Of a DNA stretch of 32,000 bases, positions 1 to 8,969 are shown piece after piece (position 1 is the stretch's first letter; each line of letters starts with the position of its first letter). Source of the DNA: Mycobacterium tuberculosis H37Rv (GTDB lineage: Bacteria; Actinomycetota; Actinomycetes; Mycobacteriales; Mycobacteriaceae); assembly GCF_000195955.2 (NCBI RefSeq), contig NC_000962.3, positions 3,960,001 through 3,992,000 of the forward strand, given 5' to 3'. Under the pieces are notes generated by a model. It was not told the DNA's origin. It was given only the letters and a program-made list of their open reading frames with translations, and searched no databases. A program made the translations under genes and the position numbers.

Positions 1-713
1 CGGCACACATCGGTGCTATGGTTGCGGTCAAGGACCGGCTCAACGGCAGCCGCAACCCGTTGGCACATCTGCAGCAGCCCGACATCACCCTGGAGAAGGT
101 GATGGCATCTCAGATGCTCTGGGATCCAATACGTTTCGATGAGACGTGCCCGTCGTCAGACGGTGCGTGCGCGGTTGTCGTCGGCGACGAGGAGATCGCC
201 GACGCGCGACTGGCGCAAGGGCATCCGGTGGCCTGGATTCATGGCACCGCATTACGCACCGAGCCGCTGGCTTTCGCCGGGCGCGACCAGGTCAACCCGC
301 AGGCCGGCCGCGACGCGGCGGCGGCGCTGTGGAAGGCCGCGGGCATCACCAGCCCCATCGACGAAATCGACGCCGCCGAAATTTACGTCCCGTTCTCCTG
401 GTTCGAGCCGATGTGGTTGGAGAATCTGGGATTTGCCCGCGAGGGCGAGGGCTGGAAGCTCACCGAGGCCGGCGAGACTGCGATCGGCGGTCGACTACCG
501 GTGAACCCTTCCGGCGGCGTGCTGTCCGCCAATCCGATCGGCGCATCGGGCCTGATCCGCTTCGCCGAGGCCGCGATCCAAGTCATGGGCAAGGCGGAGG
601 CGCGTCAAGTTCCGGGTGCGCGAAAGGCCTTGGGGCACGCTTACGGTGGCGGCTCGCAGTACTTCTCTATGTGGGTGGTCGGCTGCGAGAAACCCAAACA
701 GGCAGCCGCATAA
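1..713 (+). CDS. ltp3: Thiolase-like / lipid-transfer protein (Ltp3, Rv3523-like), 3' part; start lies upstream of the window
   Basis: Open from the window edge to TAA at 711-713. C-terminal thiolase signature region 'NPSGGVLSANPIGASGLIRFAEAAIQVMG...GKALGHAYGGGSQYFSMWVVG'. Confidence 0.85.
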   Translation, partial: AHIGAMVAVKDRLNGSRNPLAHLQQPDITLEKVMASQMLWDPIRFDETCPSSDGACAVVVGDEEIADARLAQGHPVAWIHGTALRTEPLAFAGRDQVNPQAGRDAAAALWKAAGITSPIDEIDAAEIYVPFSWFEPMWLENLGFAREGEGWKLTEAGETAIGGRLPVNPSGGVLSANPIGASGLIRFAEAAIQVMGKAEARQVPGARKALGHAYGGGSQYFSMWVVGCEKPKQAAA

Positions 714-754
714 TCGCCCGGCGCGATCCGGGCGACGCCGCAGACCATCCGAGC

Positions 755-1786
755 ATGGTGAAGTTCACACCCGATAGCCAGACGTCAGTTCTGCGCGCGG
801 GCAAGTGCTCAGGTACTCTTTCTCCGTCGCGGTCGCGATTGCAAAGGGGGAGCTGGCCGGTGGATTCCGAACGCCGACGCTACGGGTGGCCGCGGAATCG
901 ACGCACCTTAGCCATTACTGGAGCTGCAGTCGTTGTCGTGGTGACCCTCGCAGCCATTGGTTACCTGATCTTTGAGCCAAAAATTTCTGGGTCGTCCACG
1001 TCCAGGCAGGCCGCATCGCCAACCACTCCTTCCCCGCCCAGCCAGGTCGTGGTGCCGATCGACCTTTGGAATCCCGACGGGGTGACGGTGGACCTGGCGG
1101 ACGCCGTTTACGTGGCCGACTCCGGTCACAAGCGACTGCTGAAACTGCCGGCCGGCTCCAACACCCCGACCACGTTGCCATTCACCGACACCATCGGTCC
1201 AGGCGGCGTGGCGGTAAACAGCAACCGCGACGTCTATGTCATCGATGAAGACAGCCACCATGTGTTGAAACTCGCGGCCGGCATCGAACCCCCGGTCGAG
1301 CTCCCGTTCGGCAGCCTTGGCGATGCGCATGGTTTGGCAGTGGACCGCAGCGACAGCGTCTATGTCGTCGACTATGACAATGCCAAAGTGTTGAAACTGC
1401 CCCCAGGCGCAGATACCCCTACCGAACTGCCGTTCGTCGGGCTCGACCACCCCTATGATGTGGCGGTGGACGGTGCTGGCACCGTCTACGTGACCGACAG
1501 CGGCCACAATCGCGTGGTGGCGTTGACCGCGGGGTCGGCCACGCCGGTGCACCTCCCATTCGCCGATCTCAGCTTTCCCGCCGGTGTGACGGTGGACCGC
1601 GACGATAGCGTCTATGTGGCCGATCTGAACAACAATCGGGTGCTGAAGCTGGCGGCCGGCTCGAATGCGCAGTCGCAGCTGCCGTTCACCGGACTCTTCT
1701 CCCCAACTGATGTGGCGGTGGACAACGACGGCGCCGTCTACGTGATCGACTTTTACAACCGGATGTTAAAACTGCCGACGGCTTAA
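755..1786 (+). CDS. Membrane-anchored NHL/beta-propeller protein (Rv3524-like; resembles the PknD extracellular sensor domain)
   Basis: The track ORF 146..1786 overextends. The in-frame ATG at 755 gives 343 aa. One TM helix 'TLAITGAAVVVVVTLAAIGYLIF', a Ser/Thr/Pro linker, then six 'GVxVDxxxxVYVxDxxxxRVLKLxAG' repeats. Confidence 0.85.
   Translation: MVKFTPDSQTSVLRAGKCSGTLSPSRSRLQRGSWPVDSERRRYGWPRNRRTLAITGAAVVVVVTLAAIGYLIFEPKISGSSTSRQAASPTTPSPPSQVVVPIDLWNPDGVTVDLADAVYVADSGHKRLLKLPAGSNTPTTLPFTDTIGPGGVAVNSNRDVYVIDEDSHHVLKLAAGIEPPVELPFGSLGDAHGLAVDRSDSVYVVDYDNAKVLKLPPGADTPTELPFVGLDHPYDVAVDGAGTVYVTDSGHNRVVALTAGSATPVHLPFADLSFPAGVTVDRDDSVYVADLNNNRVLKLAAGSNAQSQLPFTGLFSPTDVAVDNDGAVYVIDFYNRMLKLPTA
1078..1783 (+). 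repeat. Six NHL repeats of about 40 aa encoding a predicted six-bladed beta-propeller
   Basis: Repeats read in the translation: GVTVDLADAVYVADSGHKRLLKL / GVAVNSNRDVYVIDEDSHHVLKL / GLAVDRSDSVYVVDYDNAKVLKL / DVAVDGAGTVYVTDSGHNRVVAL / GVTVDRDDSVYVADLNNNRVLKL / DVAVDNDGAVYVIDFYNRMLKL. Confidence 0.85.
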
Positions 1787-1799
1787 CCCGCAGCGACGC

Positions 1800-2324
1800 C
1801 TACATGGGTTCCAGTCCGGCCAGATGCCGTGCAGCCAGGTCACGATAGGCCTGCGGATTGACGTTAACCCACATTTCCGCGCCCGTTCCTTCAATCGGTC
1901 CCTTCACCTTGGCCGGCGCTCCCGTTACCAGCATTCCGGCCGGAATCTGAGTGCCGGCCACCACCAGCGCTCCCGCGGCGATCATGCAGCGCGCGCCGAT
2001 TACCGCTCCGTCGAGGACCGTCGCGTGGTTGGCGATCAGAGCCTCAGACCCGACGTGGACGCCGTGGATCACACACAGGTGCGCCACTGTCGCCCCCGGG
2101 CCGATGTCTACCGGGATGCCGGGCGGTGCGTGTAATACCGCCCCGTCCTGCACATTGGCCCCCTCGCGCACGACGACGGGCGCATAGTCGCCGCGCAGCA
2201 CGGCATTGAACCAGACCGACGCCCCAGCCTCGATGGTGACGTCGCCGATCAGGGTGGCTGTCGGGGCCACAAACGCGGTGGGATCGATCCGGGGCGATCG
2301 GCCCTCGAAAGAAAACAGCGGCAT
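1800..2324 (-). CDS. Gamma-carbonic-anhydrase-like left-handed beta-helix protein (Rv3525c-like)
   Basis: 174 aa with hexapeptide-repeat pattern 'PTATLIGDVTIEAGASVWFNAVLRGD...VREGANVQDGAVLH...IGPGATVAHLCVIHG...NHATVLDGAVIGARCMIAAGALV'. Confidence 0.85.
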   Translation of the reverse strand: MPLFSFEGRSPRIDPTAFVAPTATLIGDVTIEAGASVWFNAVLRGDYAPVVVREGANVQDGAVLHAPPGIPVDIGPGATVAHLCVIHGVHVGSEALIANHATVLDGAVIGARCMIAAGALVVAGTQIPAGMLVTGAPAKVKGPIEGTGAEMWVNVNPQAYRDLAARHLAGLEPM

Positions 2325-2396
2325 CGTTTAGATATACGCCCGTCGTACATATGCCGTGGCCAGACTCGCTGTCGTTGCGCTCACCGGAGAGAAAAC

Positions 2397-2410
2397 TGTA
2401 ACGTGTTCTA
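2397..2410. promoter_or_regulatory. KstR operator upstream of kshA
   Basis: TGTAACGTGTTCTA, full match to the KstR consensus TnnAACnnGTTnnA. Confidence 0.85.
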
Positions 2411-2438
2411 GTTAGCGATACCGATCGGGAGGTGACAG

Positions 2439-3599
2439 GTGAGTACCGACACGAGTGGGGTCGGTGTTCGGGAGATCGATGCCGGCGCCTTGCCGACCAG
2501 GTATGCGCGTGGCTGGCATTGCCTGGGCGTCGCGAAGGACTATTTGGAAGGGAAGCCACACGGGGTAGAGGCGTTCGGCACCAAGCTGGTTGTGTTCGCT
2601 GATTCCCACGGGGACCTGAAAGTCCTCGACGGCTACTGCCGGCACATGGGCGGCGACCTGTCCGAGGGCACCGTCAAAGGCGACGAGGTCGCTTGCCCGT
2701 TCCACGACTGGCGCTGGGGTGGCGACGGCCGCTGCAAATTGGTGCCGTATGCCAGGCGCACACCCAGAATGGCGCGCACTCGGTCGTGGACGACCGATGT
2801 GCGCAGCGGGCTGCTGTTTGTCTGGCACGACCATGAGGGCAATCCACCCGACCCCGCGGTCCGGATCCCCGAGATTCCCGAGGCGGCCAGCGACGAGTGG
2901 ACCGACTGGCGGTGGAACCGCATCCTCATCGAAGGGTCCAACTGCCGCGACATCATCGACAACGTCACCGATATGGCGCACTTCTTCTACATCCACTTCG
3001 GTTTGCCGACGTACTTCAAGAACGTCTTCGAGGGCCACATCGCCTCGCAGTATCTGCACAACGTGGGCCGGCCCGATGTCGACGATCTGGGGACGTCTTA
3101 CGGTGAGGCGCATCTGGATTCGGAGGCGTCTTACTTCGGGCCGTCGTTCATGATCAACTGGCTGCACAACCGCTACGGCAACTACAAGTCCGAGTCGATC
3201 CTGATCAACTGCCACTACCCGGTGACCCAGAACTCGTTCGTCCTGCAATGGGGCGTCATCGTCGAAAAGCCCAAGGGTATGAGCGAAGAGATGACCGACA
3301 AGTTGTCGCGGGTGTTCACCGAGGGCGTCAGCAAGGGCTTCTTGCAGGATGTCGAGATCTGGAAGCACAAGACCCGCATCGACAACCCGCTGCTGGTTGA
3401 AGAGGACGGCGCCGTGTATCAGCTGCGCCGCTGGTATGAACAGTTTTATGTCGACGTAGCCGACATAAAACCAGAGATGGTGGAGCGCTTCGAGATCGAG
3501 GTCGACACCAAGCGCGCCAACGAGTTCTGGAATGCCGAGGTAGAGAAGAACTTGAAATCGAGAGAAGTTTCCGACGACGTGCCCGCCGAGCAACACTGA
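2439..3599 (+). CDS. kshA: 3-ketosteroid 9-alpha-hydroxylase oxygenase component (Rieske)
   Basis: 386 aa, GTG start preceded by GGGAGGTG. Rieske motif 'CRHMGGDLSEGTVKGDEVACPFHDW'; mononuclear iron region 'DNVTDMAHFFYIH'. Confidence 0.97.
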   Translation: MSTDTSGVGVREIDAGALPTRYARGWHCLGVAKDYLEGKPHGVEAFGTKLVVFADSHGDLKVLDGYCRHMGGDLSEGTVKGDEVACPFHDWRWGGDGRCKLVPYARRTPRMARTRSWTTDVRSGLLFVWHDHEGNPPDPAVRIPEIPEAASDEWTDWRWNRILIEGSNCRDIIDNVTDMAHFFYIHFGLPTYFKNVFEGHIASQYLHNVGRPDVDDLGTSYGEAHLDSEASYFGPSFMINWLHNRYGNYKSESILINCHYPVTQNSFVLQWGVIVEKPKGMSEEMTDKLSRVFTEGVSKGFLQDVEIWKHKTRIDNPLLVEEDGAVYQLRRWYEQFYVDVADIKPEMVERFEIEVDTKRANEFWNAEVEKNLKSREVSDDVPAEQH

Positions 3600-3604
3600 C
3601 GGAC

Positions 3605-4054
3605 ATGCCTGACGATCAGCCGGCGGTTCCCGACGTCGATCGGCTGGCCCGGTCGATGCTACTGCTGCACGGTGATCATCACGATCACAACGATTCCCCC
3701 GAGCAACACCGCACATGTGGATCCTGGTCGAAGTCAAGGGATTTCGCTGACGACCCGCAGCGTGCTGCCGCGGTGCGCGAAGCCAGCCGCGCCGAGCGCG
3801 ACCGTTATCTGACCTCAGGCCTGCAACCGGTGGATTGCCGGTTCTGCCATGTCACGGTGACCGTAAAGAGGCTGGGGCCGGGTCATACCGCTGTGCAATG
3901 GAACACCGAGGCGTCGCGGCGCTGCGCGTACTTCACCGAGCTGCGGGCACGCGGCGGGGATTCCGCACGCACCAGGTCCTGTCCCCGGCTGACCGACAGC
4001 ATCGAACACGCAGTGGCCGAGGGCTACTTGGAGCACCACGACCCAAACCGATAA
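3605..4054 (+). CDS. Conserved hypothetical protein with His-rich N-terminal segment and CxxC (Rv3527-like)
   Basis: 149 aa starting 5 nt after the kshA stop. 'LLHGDHHDHNDSPEQHRT' and 'CRFCHVTVTVKRLGPGH'. Confidence 0.75.
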   Translation: MPDDQPAVPDVDRLARSMLLLHGDHHDHNDSPEQHRTCGSWSKSRDFADDPQRAAAVREASRAERDRYLTSGLQPVDCRFCHVTVTVKRLGPGHTAVQWNTEASRRCAYFTELRARGGDSARTRSCPRLTDSIEHAVAEGYLEHHDPNR

Positions 4055-4395
4055 CGTCGCACACCCGCTTGCCGCGGGATACGGTGCCGCATCCGGCACG
4101 GTGCCACCGAGGCGTACGGTTTGTGACGGCGGTTCCGGGACTGAGCTTCCTATGAAGCCTCTCCGGTGTGCGCGAGTCGATCGAGGCGCACCAGAGCATC
4201 GTGTTCGCCGCCCTGGCGGTCAGAACTGGATTGAACACCAAACAGGTTGGAGCATCAAGAAATTCGTTCAAACACTACGTCGCTACCGCACCGTGACCCC
4301 GCGCCGGCAACCACACCCTCCGTGCGGGACCTTCAGGGTCCGATGCAAGAGCACCGGTCTGTTGGATGGGGATGCGACTCGTAGGCGATGCCCTG

Positions 4396-4425
4396 TCCAT
4401 TCACTCGAGATCCATTCACTCGAGG
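4396..4425. repeat. Tandem duplication of a 15-bp unit
   Basis: TCCATTCACTCGAGA followed directly by TCCATTCACTCGAGG. Confidence 0.85.
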
Positions 4426-4478
4426 TCGACTTCGCCCGGCCCGCCCCGCATCTCACAAAACGAGGGTTTACTGTGACC

Positions 4479-5192
4479 TTATTGTCGCGCAAAAAGAAAG
4501 GCCCGATTCTGAATATTGGGCAGCCAGCCAAATCCGCGGCAATCCTCCTTGTAGAGCAGCTTGAAACCGAGTTCAGAAGCTTTTGATTCGAGATCAGCGT
4601 CGGTGATACCCCATTGCCAGATGTCTGGTATATCGCGCCACGGCTTGTCATGATCCGGGTGCTTTTTATCGAGTTTTTGAAAGAGATCTCTATAAGCCTT
4701 GTTAAGTTTGCTGTGCGGGACGTTACGAAAGTAGTGCTTTTCACCCAGATCCAACAATCTAACTGTGGTTGTTGAACCTATCCATTGTTGATTATAAATC
4801 AGCAAACAACGTACATTCTTTGCGTACATATCCAGGATAGTGTCCCAATCAGGCGACACTTGGTGCAGCAGCACATCGAATAGGAAGAGGGCGTCGACAT
4901 TACCGACTTTATCGGCAATCTCCTGGTCTCCGAAGTTCCCCTCAATAACGCGAAGTTGCGGATATGAATTTGCACGGGCCGCGACTGTTGGAGTTATGCG
5001 GCCATCGACCAATACTGCCTCTTTTACCGGGTACTTATCCAGGGCGCGAAATGTATAGGCGCCTTCCACTCCCCAAACGGCACCGAGATCCGCGAACGAC
5101 TCTATGCGACATGATGTGAAAGCCCGATCTATCAGGTTGATTTTGCCTCTAACGAGCCAATAGCCACCCTGTCGTAACCGATCCAACATCAT
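4479..5192 (-). CDS. SAM-dependent methyltransferase-like protein (Rv3528c-like), AT-richer than its surroundings
   Basis: 237 aa. Rossmann-like 'SFADLGAVWGVEGAYTFRALDKYPVKEAVLVD' and 'DALFLFDVLLHQVSPDWDTIL'. Confidence 0.7.
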   Translation of the reverse strand: MMLDRLRQGGYWLVRGKINLIDRAFTSCRIESFADLGAVWGVEGAYTFRALDKYPVKEAVLVDGRITPTVAARANSYPQLRVIEGNFGDQEIADKVGNVDALFLFDVLLHQVSPDWDTILDMYAKNVRCLLIYNQQWIGSTTTVRLLDLGEKHYFRNVPHSKLNKAYRDLFQKLDKKHPDHDKPWRDIPDIWQWGITDADLESKASELGFKLLYKEDCRGFGWLPNIQNRAFLFARQ

Positions 5193-5295
5193 TTCACCTC
5201 AAATACGTGTGTTCAACTGGCGTCTCGCTGGATGGTAGATCACCGCTAGCTGGTCCAGTATGCCGCCTGCCATGAGCTTGGGACCAGTGTGATCT

Positions 5296-5760
5296 GCTTG
5301 TGCCAGGGGGAGGACGGGACCACCTTGATTGCCAGTCACGGGACCACGGCGCGCCGCGTCGGTGGTCTTTTCGCTTATTCGTGCGATCGTCGTGACAGCT
5401 CAAGTCACGGGAGGCGGCGGGCATGGCTTTTCGGGAGGTCAGTATGAACAAGATCAGGGAAGTGCTGCGGGTCTGGCTGGGGGTGGCCGGGTTGCCGGCC
5501 CCGGGGTGCCGCACGATCGCCGCGCATTGCGGTATGGACCGCAAGACGGTGCGGCGCTACGTGGAGGCCCGCGCAGGCACCCGGTCTGCCCCGCGACGAC
5601 GATGTCAGCGCTATCGATGACGGGTTGATCGGGGCGGTCGCCGACGCGGTGCGTCCGGCCCGGCCGGATGGTCATGGTGCGGCGTGGGAGCAACTGCTGG
5701 GGGTAGCGAACTGTTCACTACCCCCTGGCAATCAGGTGGTCCCGTCTCCCTGGCAAGCGA
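5296..5760 (+). mobile_element. Decayed IS21-like element: imperfect terminal inverted repeats around an istA-like N-terminal remnant
   Basis: Left 'gcttgtgccagggggaggacgggaccaccttgattgccag' is inverted at the right as 'ctggcaatcaggtggtcccgtctccctggcaagcg'. Between them is a transposase-like helix-turn-helix fragment. Confidence 0.55.
5423..5700 (+). pseudogene. Frameshifted N-terminal fragment of an IS21-family (IstA) transposase
   Basis: Frame 1 reads 'MNKIREVLRVWLGVAGLPAPGCRTIAAHCGMDRKTVRRYVEARAG'. It continues in another frame as 'GLPRDDDVSAIDDGLIGAVADAVRPARPDGHGAAWEQLLG'. The rest of istA and all of istB are absent. Confidence 0.65.
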
Positions 5761-5883
5761 CAGCTCGGGCAATCCACCTGGTAATCAAACAATTTCGGGC
5801 GGCTGGCGAGTTGTCGCGCTGAGGCGGGCAAATTGCGTATCTGCTCGACCAATGCGACGCGGCTGGCCAAACAGCACACCGAA

Positions 5884-7038
5884 TCACAGCCCGGCGAACC
5901 GCTCTTTGACCATTTCGACCGTGAGCCCGTAGTCAGCCAACGAATAGGAATGCTTTGGGGCCCGGGCACCGCTCTGGCTCTCGGCGTGGACGGTTGTCAT
6001 TGCCTGTCGAGCCTCGTCGGACAGCGTCAACCCGAAGTGCCGGTAGATATCTGCCACCGTACCCAGCGGATCGGCAATCAAGTCGTGGTAGTCCACGTCG
6101 TAGAACTGGGCCGAATCATATTTGGCCCGTGCGGCATTGAACCGCTCCAGCCCACGCGACCAGGTGTCCATCGCGTCCGCACCGATCTGGGCGCCCACAA
6201 ACTTCGTCGACCACCCTTCTGTGGTGTGCTGCGCCAGCGAGCACATCGACGCCATGATCGTCTCCACCGGCCGGTGAGTCTGCACCACCAGGGCATCGGG
6301 ATAGGTCGCCATCAGCGCATCCAGGGCAAATAGATGACTCGGATTCTTTAGTACCCACCGCTTTTCGGCATCGTTGAGCCCAATCAGCTGCAGGTTGCGG
6401 CGGTGCCGGCAATACGACGGCGTCCAGTCCTGGCGTGACAACCAGTCGGCATAGCTGGGTACATGCGCCAGCGCCTCGTACGACACCGAATGCAGCGACT
6501 GCCGCAACAGCTGCCAACACTCCTCCAACTCGTAGGCCGCCATGAAATGCAAGCCGGTGTATCCCGGATTCTCGGCATGATGCTGGGTGAACTGTGCATC
6601 GAGCTGGCGATACAACGGGTTTGACTCCCAGGTCTCGCGCGGGGGGCGCGGCTGCGGGTACTCGGCCAGCCACATGTGCAGGCCTTGGTGGGCCGGGTCG
6701 GCGCCCAGCAGCCGGTGCAGCGCAGTGGTTCCGGTGCGCACCAACCCGGTGACGAAGATAGGCCGTTTGATGGCAACGTCGACGTGCTCCGGATACTGCT
6801 TCCACGCGGACTGGGACAGTAGCCTGGCCACCAGCGCACCGCGCAGGAAGAACCGGTTCATCTTGCTGCCCAACACGGTGAGGCCGGCTTCGCCCTGGTA
6901 AGCGTCCAGCAACACACCCAGCGCCTCACGGTAGTTGTCGTCGTCGGTGCCAAAATCGTCGAGACCCACCAGTTTGGTAGCCGATGCGTGCAGTTCGTCG
7001 ACGGTGGCCACATCTTTCCGATCGGGACGCCGAGTCAT
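5884..7038 (-). CDS. Sulfotransferase-family protein (Rv3529c-like)
   Basis: 384 aa from the internal ATG at 7038 (start overlaps the upstream gene's stop). PAPS-loop-like 'VTGLVRTGTTALHRLLGADP'. Confidence 0.8.
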   Translation of the reverse strand: MTRRPDRKDVATVDELHASATKLVGLDDFGTDDDNYREALGVLLDAYQGEAGLTVLGSKMNRFFLRGALVARLLSQSAWKQYPEHVDVAIKRPIFVTGLVRTGTTALHRLLGADPAHQGLHMWLAEYPQPRPPRETWESNPLYRQLDAQFTQHHAENPGYTGLHFMAAYELEECWQLLRQSLHSVSYEALAHVPSYADWLSRQDWTPSYCRHRRNLQLIGLNDAEKRWVLKNPSHLFALDALMATYPDALVVQTHRPVETIMASMCSLAQHTTEGWSTKFVGAQIGADAMDTWSRGLERFNAARAKYDSAQFYDVDYHDLIADPLGTVADIYRHFGLTLSDEARQAMTTVHAESQSGARAPKHSYSLADYGLTVEMVKERFAGL

Positions 7039-7820
7039 TACGTGTGGTACTCCCCGCAATTGACGTCCAGGGTCTGCCCGGTGATGCCGCTGGCCAGGTC
7101 GCTGGCCAGGAAAAGAATCGCTGAGGCCACCTCGTCTTCGGTTGGCAGCCGTTTGAGATCGGAGTTTGCCGCGGTCGCCTGATAGATCTGATCCACGGTA
7201 GTGCCGTATTTGCCGGCCTGATGGTCGAAATAGCTTTTCAGCGTGTCACCCCAGATATAGCCGGGTGCAACGGAATTGACGCGAATTCCCTGCTCGCCCA
7301 GTTCCGTGGCCAGCGAATGCGACATAGCTAGCAGTACGGACTTGGCCATCTTGTAGGTGCCGTATTTCGGCTGCGAGTGCCGGATCACCATGGAGTTGAC
7401 GTTGACGATCGCGCCGTGAGACTGCGCCAGCGCGGGCGTAAACGCCTGGATGAGTCGTAGCGTCCCCAGCGCGCTGAGCTCTATCGCGTCACGGATGTGC
7501 TCAAATGTGGTGCCGGCCAATGGTTTCATCGATGGCACCCGGAACGCGTTGTTGATCAGCACGTCGGCCTTGCCGTACGCCGCCAGCGTGGCCTGCACAA
7601 GGTTGCTTACGTCGTCGTCGTCGGTGATGTCGGTGCGCACCGCCACCGCCCGTCGCCCGGTGTCGATGATCTGCTTGGCGACGTCGTCGAGACGCTCCGC
7701 GCTGCGCGCAGCCAGCACCAGATCGGCGCCGTCTCGCGCACATCGGTGCGCCAGCGTCGTGCCCAGCCCCGGTCCGACGCCACTGACGACGATCACCTTG
7801 CGCTTGAGCATCCCGGTCAT
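7038..7820 (-). CDS. Short-chain dehydrogenase/reductase (Rv3530c-like)
   Basis: 260 aa from the internal ATG. Glycine-rich cofactor loop 'VVSGVGPGLGTTLAHRCARDGADLVLAAR' and SDR 'YGTYKMAK'. Confidence 0.85.
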   Translation of the reverse strand: MTGMLKRKVIVVSGVGPGLGTTLAHRCARDGADLVLAARSAERLDDVAKQIIDTGRRAVAVRTDITDDDDVSNLVQATLAAYGKADVLINNAFRVPSMKPLAGTTFEHIRDAIELSALGTLRLIQAFTPALAQSHGAIVNVNSMVIRHSQPKYGTYKMAKSVLLAMSHSLATELGEQGIRVNSVAPGYIWGDTLKSYFDHQAGKYGTTVDQIYQATAANSDLKRLPTEDEVASAILFLASDLASGITGQTLDVNCGEYHT

Positions 7821-8944
7821 CCCAGCATCCTGGTCGCGATTTGCCGTTGACGCAACGCAATTCGCGCCCGCCAATCATCCTCGGAAATCTTGTTGTGCTG
7901 GTAATGCGGCAGTGCCGCCGGGATGGCGTCGAAGTCGACCAGTTCGACGGTGGGCCCATCGGCCTCGGTGAGCTCACGGGATACCCGCTGCCAGCGGAAC
8001 TGCAGAAACCCGCGCCGATGGCCGAGCGTTTCCACCCAGTTGGTCACACCCGGATTCTGCTCGGCGACCACGATGCGCACCTTGCCATCCGGGTCCGCTT
8101 GGGCCTGGCTGGCATTCAACGAGGTCTGATGATTGATATAGTCCAGCGAGATGTACCACATGCTGCCCAACTGAAACCCTAAGTAGGGGGCGTCGCTCAC
8201 CGGCACCGTGATCACCAGCGCTTGACCCGGCCGCAGCTCGAAATGACCGGCCGACGAGTATTGGGTGGCCAGGCCACCGGGAGTCAACCGAGGCGCCACC
8301 ATGGTGTTAACCGGGATATTGAGGTAGAACCACTGGGGAAACTGTAACCAGGTTTTCACCCGGTTCACAAGCTGGGATCCCGCTGTGGCATAACGCTTTT
8401 CCATGAGCTCGCGAGTCAGCGGCGGCGGCGCGGTGCCGACGGTGTCCAGCCTGGCGATGGCCAGCGTGCCGCGCTGTTGTGACCAATCGCCGTACACCTC
8501 CCGGATCACTAGTTGCCCGGGAGCGCTGGGCCGCAACCGCCATTCGAAGCTGCCGTCCGCGGCGATGTCGAGCTCACGGTCGTCGAACGCGGCCTGGCTG
8601 GCCGGCACGTTATAGTCGGTGTACTCGCCGCCGAGCAGCTGAAAGCTCAGGTCGGTGGTGGTGCCGCGCCGTCCGCTGACCACATAGTCGCGGTTGGCCT
8701 GCAGCCGGGTGCCGAAGTAGAGGGTGTCGGGGTTGTCCAGGCCCATCTTCGTGAACGGCCCTGTTCCGGACTGCAGGAACGGGTGGTCACGCTCGTAGTC
8801 GAAGGCCAGGTGCATGCAGCCCGCGATGCAGCCGGCCAGGTATTGCAGCCCTTCGAGCAGGTCGGCTTCAGTCTCGATGTGCGGGGCGGCGGCTACCAGC
8901 TGCTCGGCTTCTGCGATCGCCTCGCGCAGCGGGTCGGAGTACAC
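7817..8944 (-). CDS. Conserved hypothetical protein (Rv3531c-like)
   Basis: 375 aa, GTG start at 8944, 4-nt overlap with the downstream SDR gene, KstR-like site just upstream. Confidence 0.75.
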   Translation of the reverse strand: MYSDPLREAIAEAEQLVAAAPHIETEADLLEGLQYLAGCIAGCMHLAFDYERDHPFLQSGTGPFTKMGLDNPDTLYFGTRLQANRDYVVSGRRGTTTDLSFQLLGGEYTDYNVPASQAAFDDRELDIAADGSFEWRLRPSAPGQLVIREVYGDWSQQRGTLAIARLDTVGTAPPPLTRELMEKRYATAGSQLVNRVKTWLQFPQWFYLNIPVNTMVAPRLTPGGLATQYSSAGHFELRPGQALVITVPVSDAPYLGFQLGSMWYISLDYINHQTSLNASQAQADPDGKVRIVVAEQNPGVTNWVETLGHRRGFLQFRWQRVSRELTEADGPTVELVDFDAIPAALPHYQHNKISEDDWRARIALRQRQIATRMLG

Positions 8945-8955
8945 GACTTCGACAC

Positions 8956-8969
8956 TAGAACGTGTTCCT
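8956..8969. promoter_or_regulatory. Near-consensus KstR operator upstream of the Rv3531c-like gene
   Basis: TAGAACGTGTTCCT matches TnnAACnnGTTnnA except for the last base. Confidence 0.7.

Noticed and set aside
2412-3737. 441-aa minus-strand ORF
   Set aside because: Antisense to kshA, whose Rieske motifs clearly mark the coding strand.
4101-4586. 161-aa plus-strand ORF in the spacer before the methyltransferase-like gene
   Set aside because: No recognisable motif, and it runs into the 3' end of the opposite-strand gene. The sequence looks like degraded spacer, though I cannot exclude an old gene remnant without a search.
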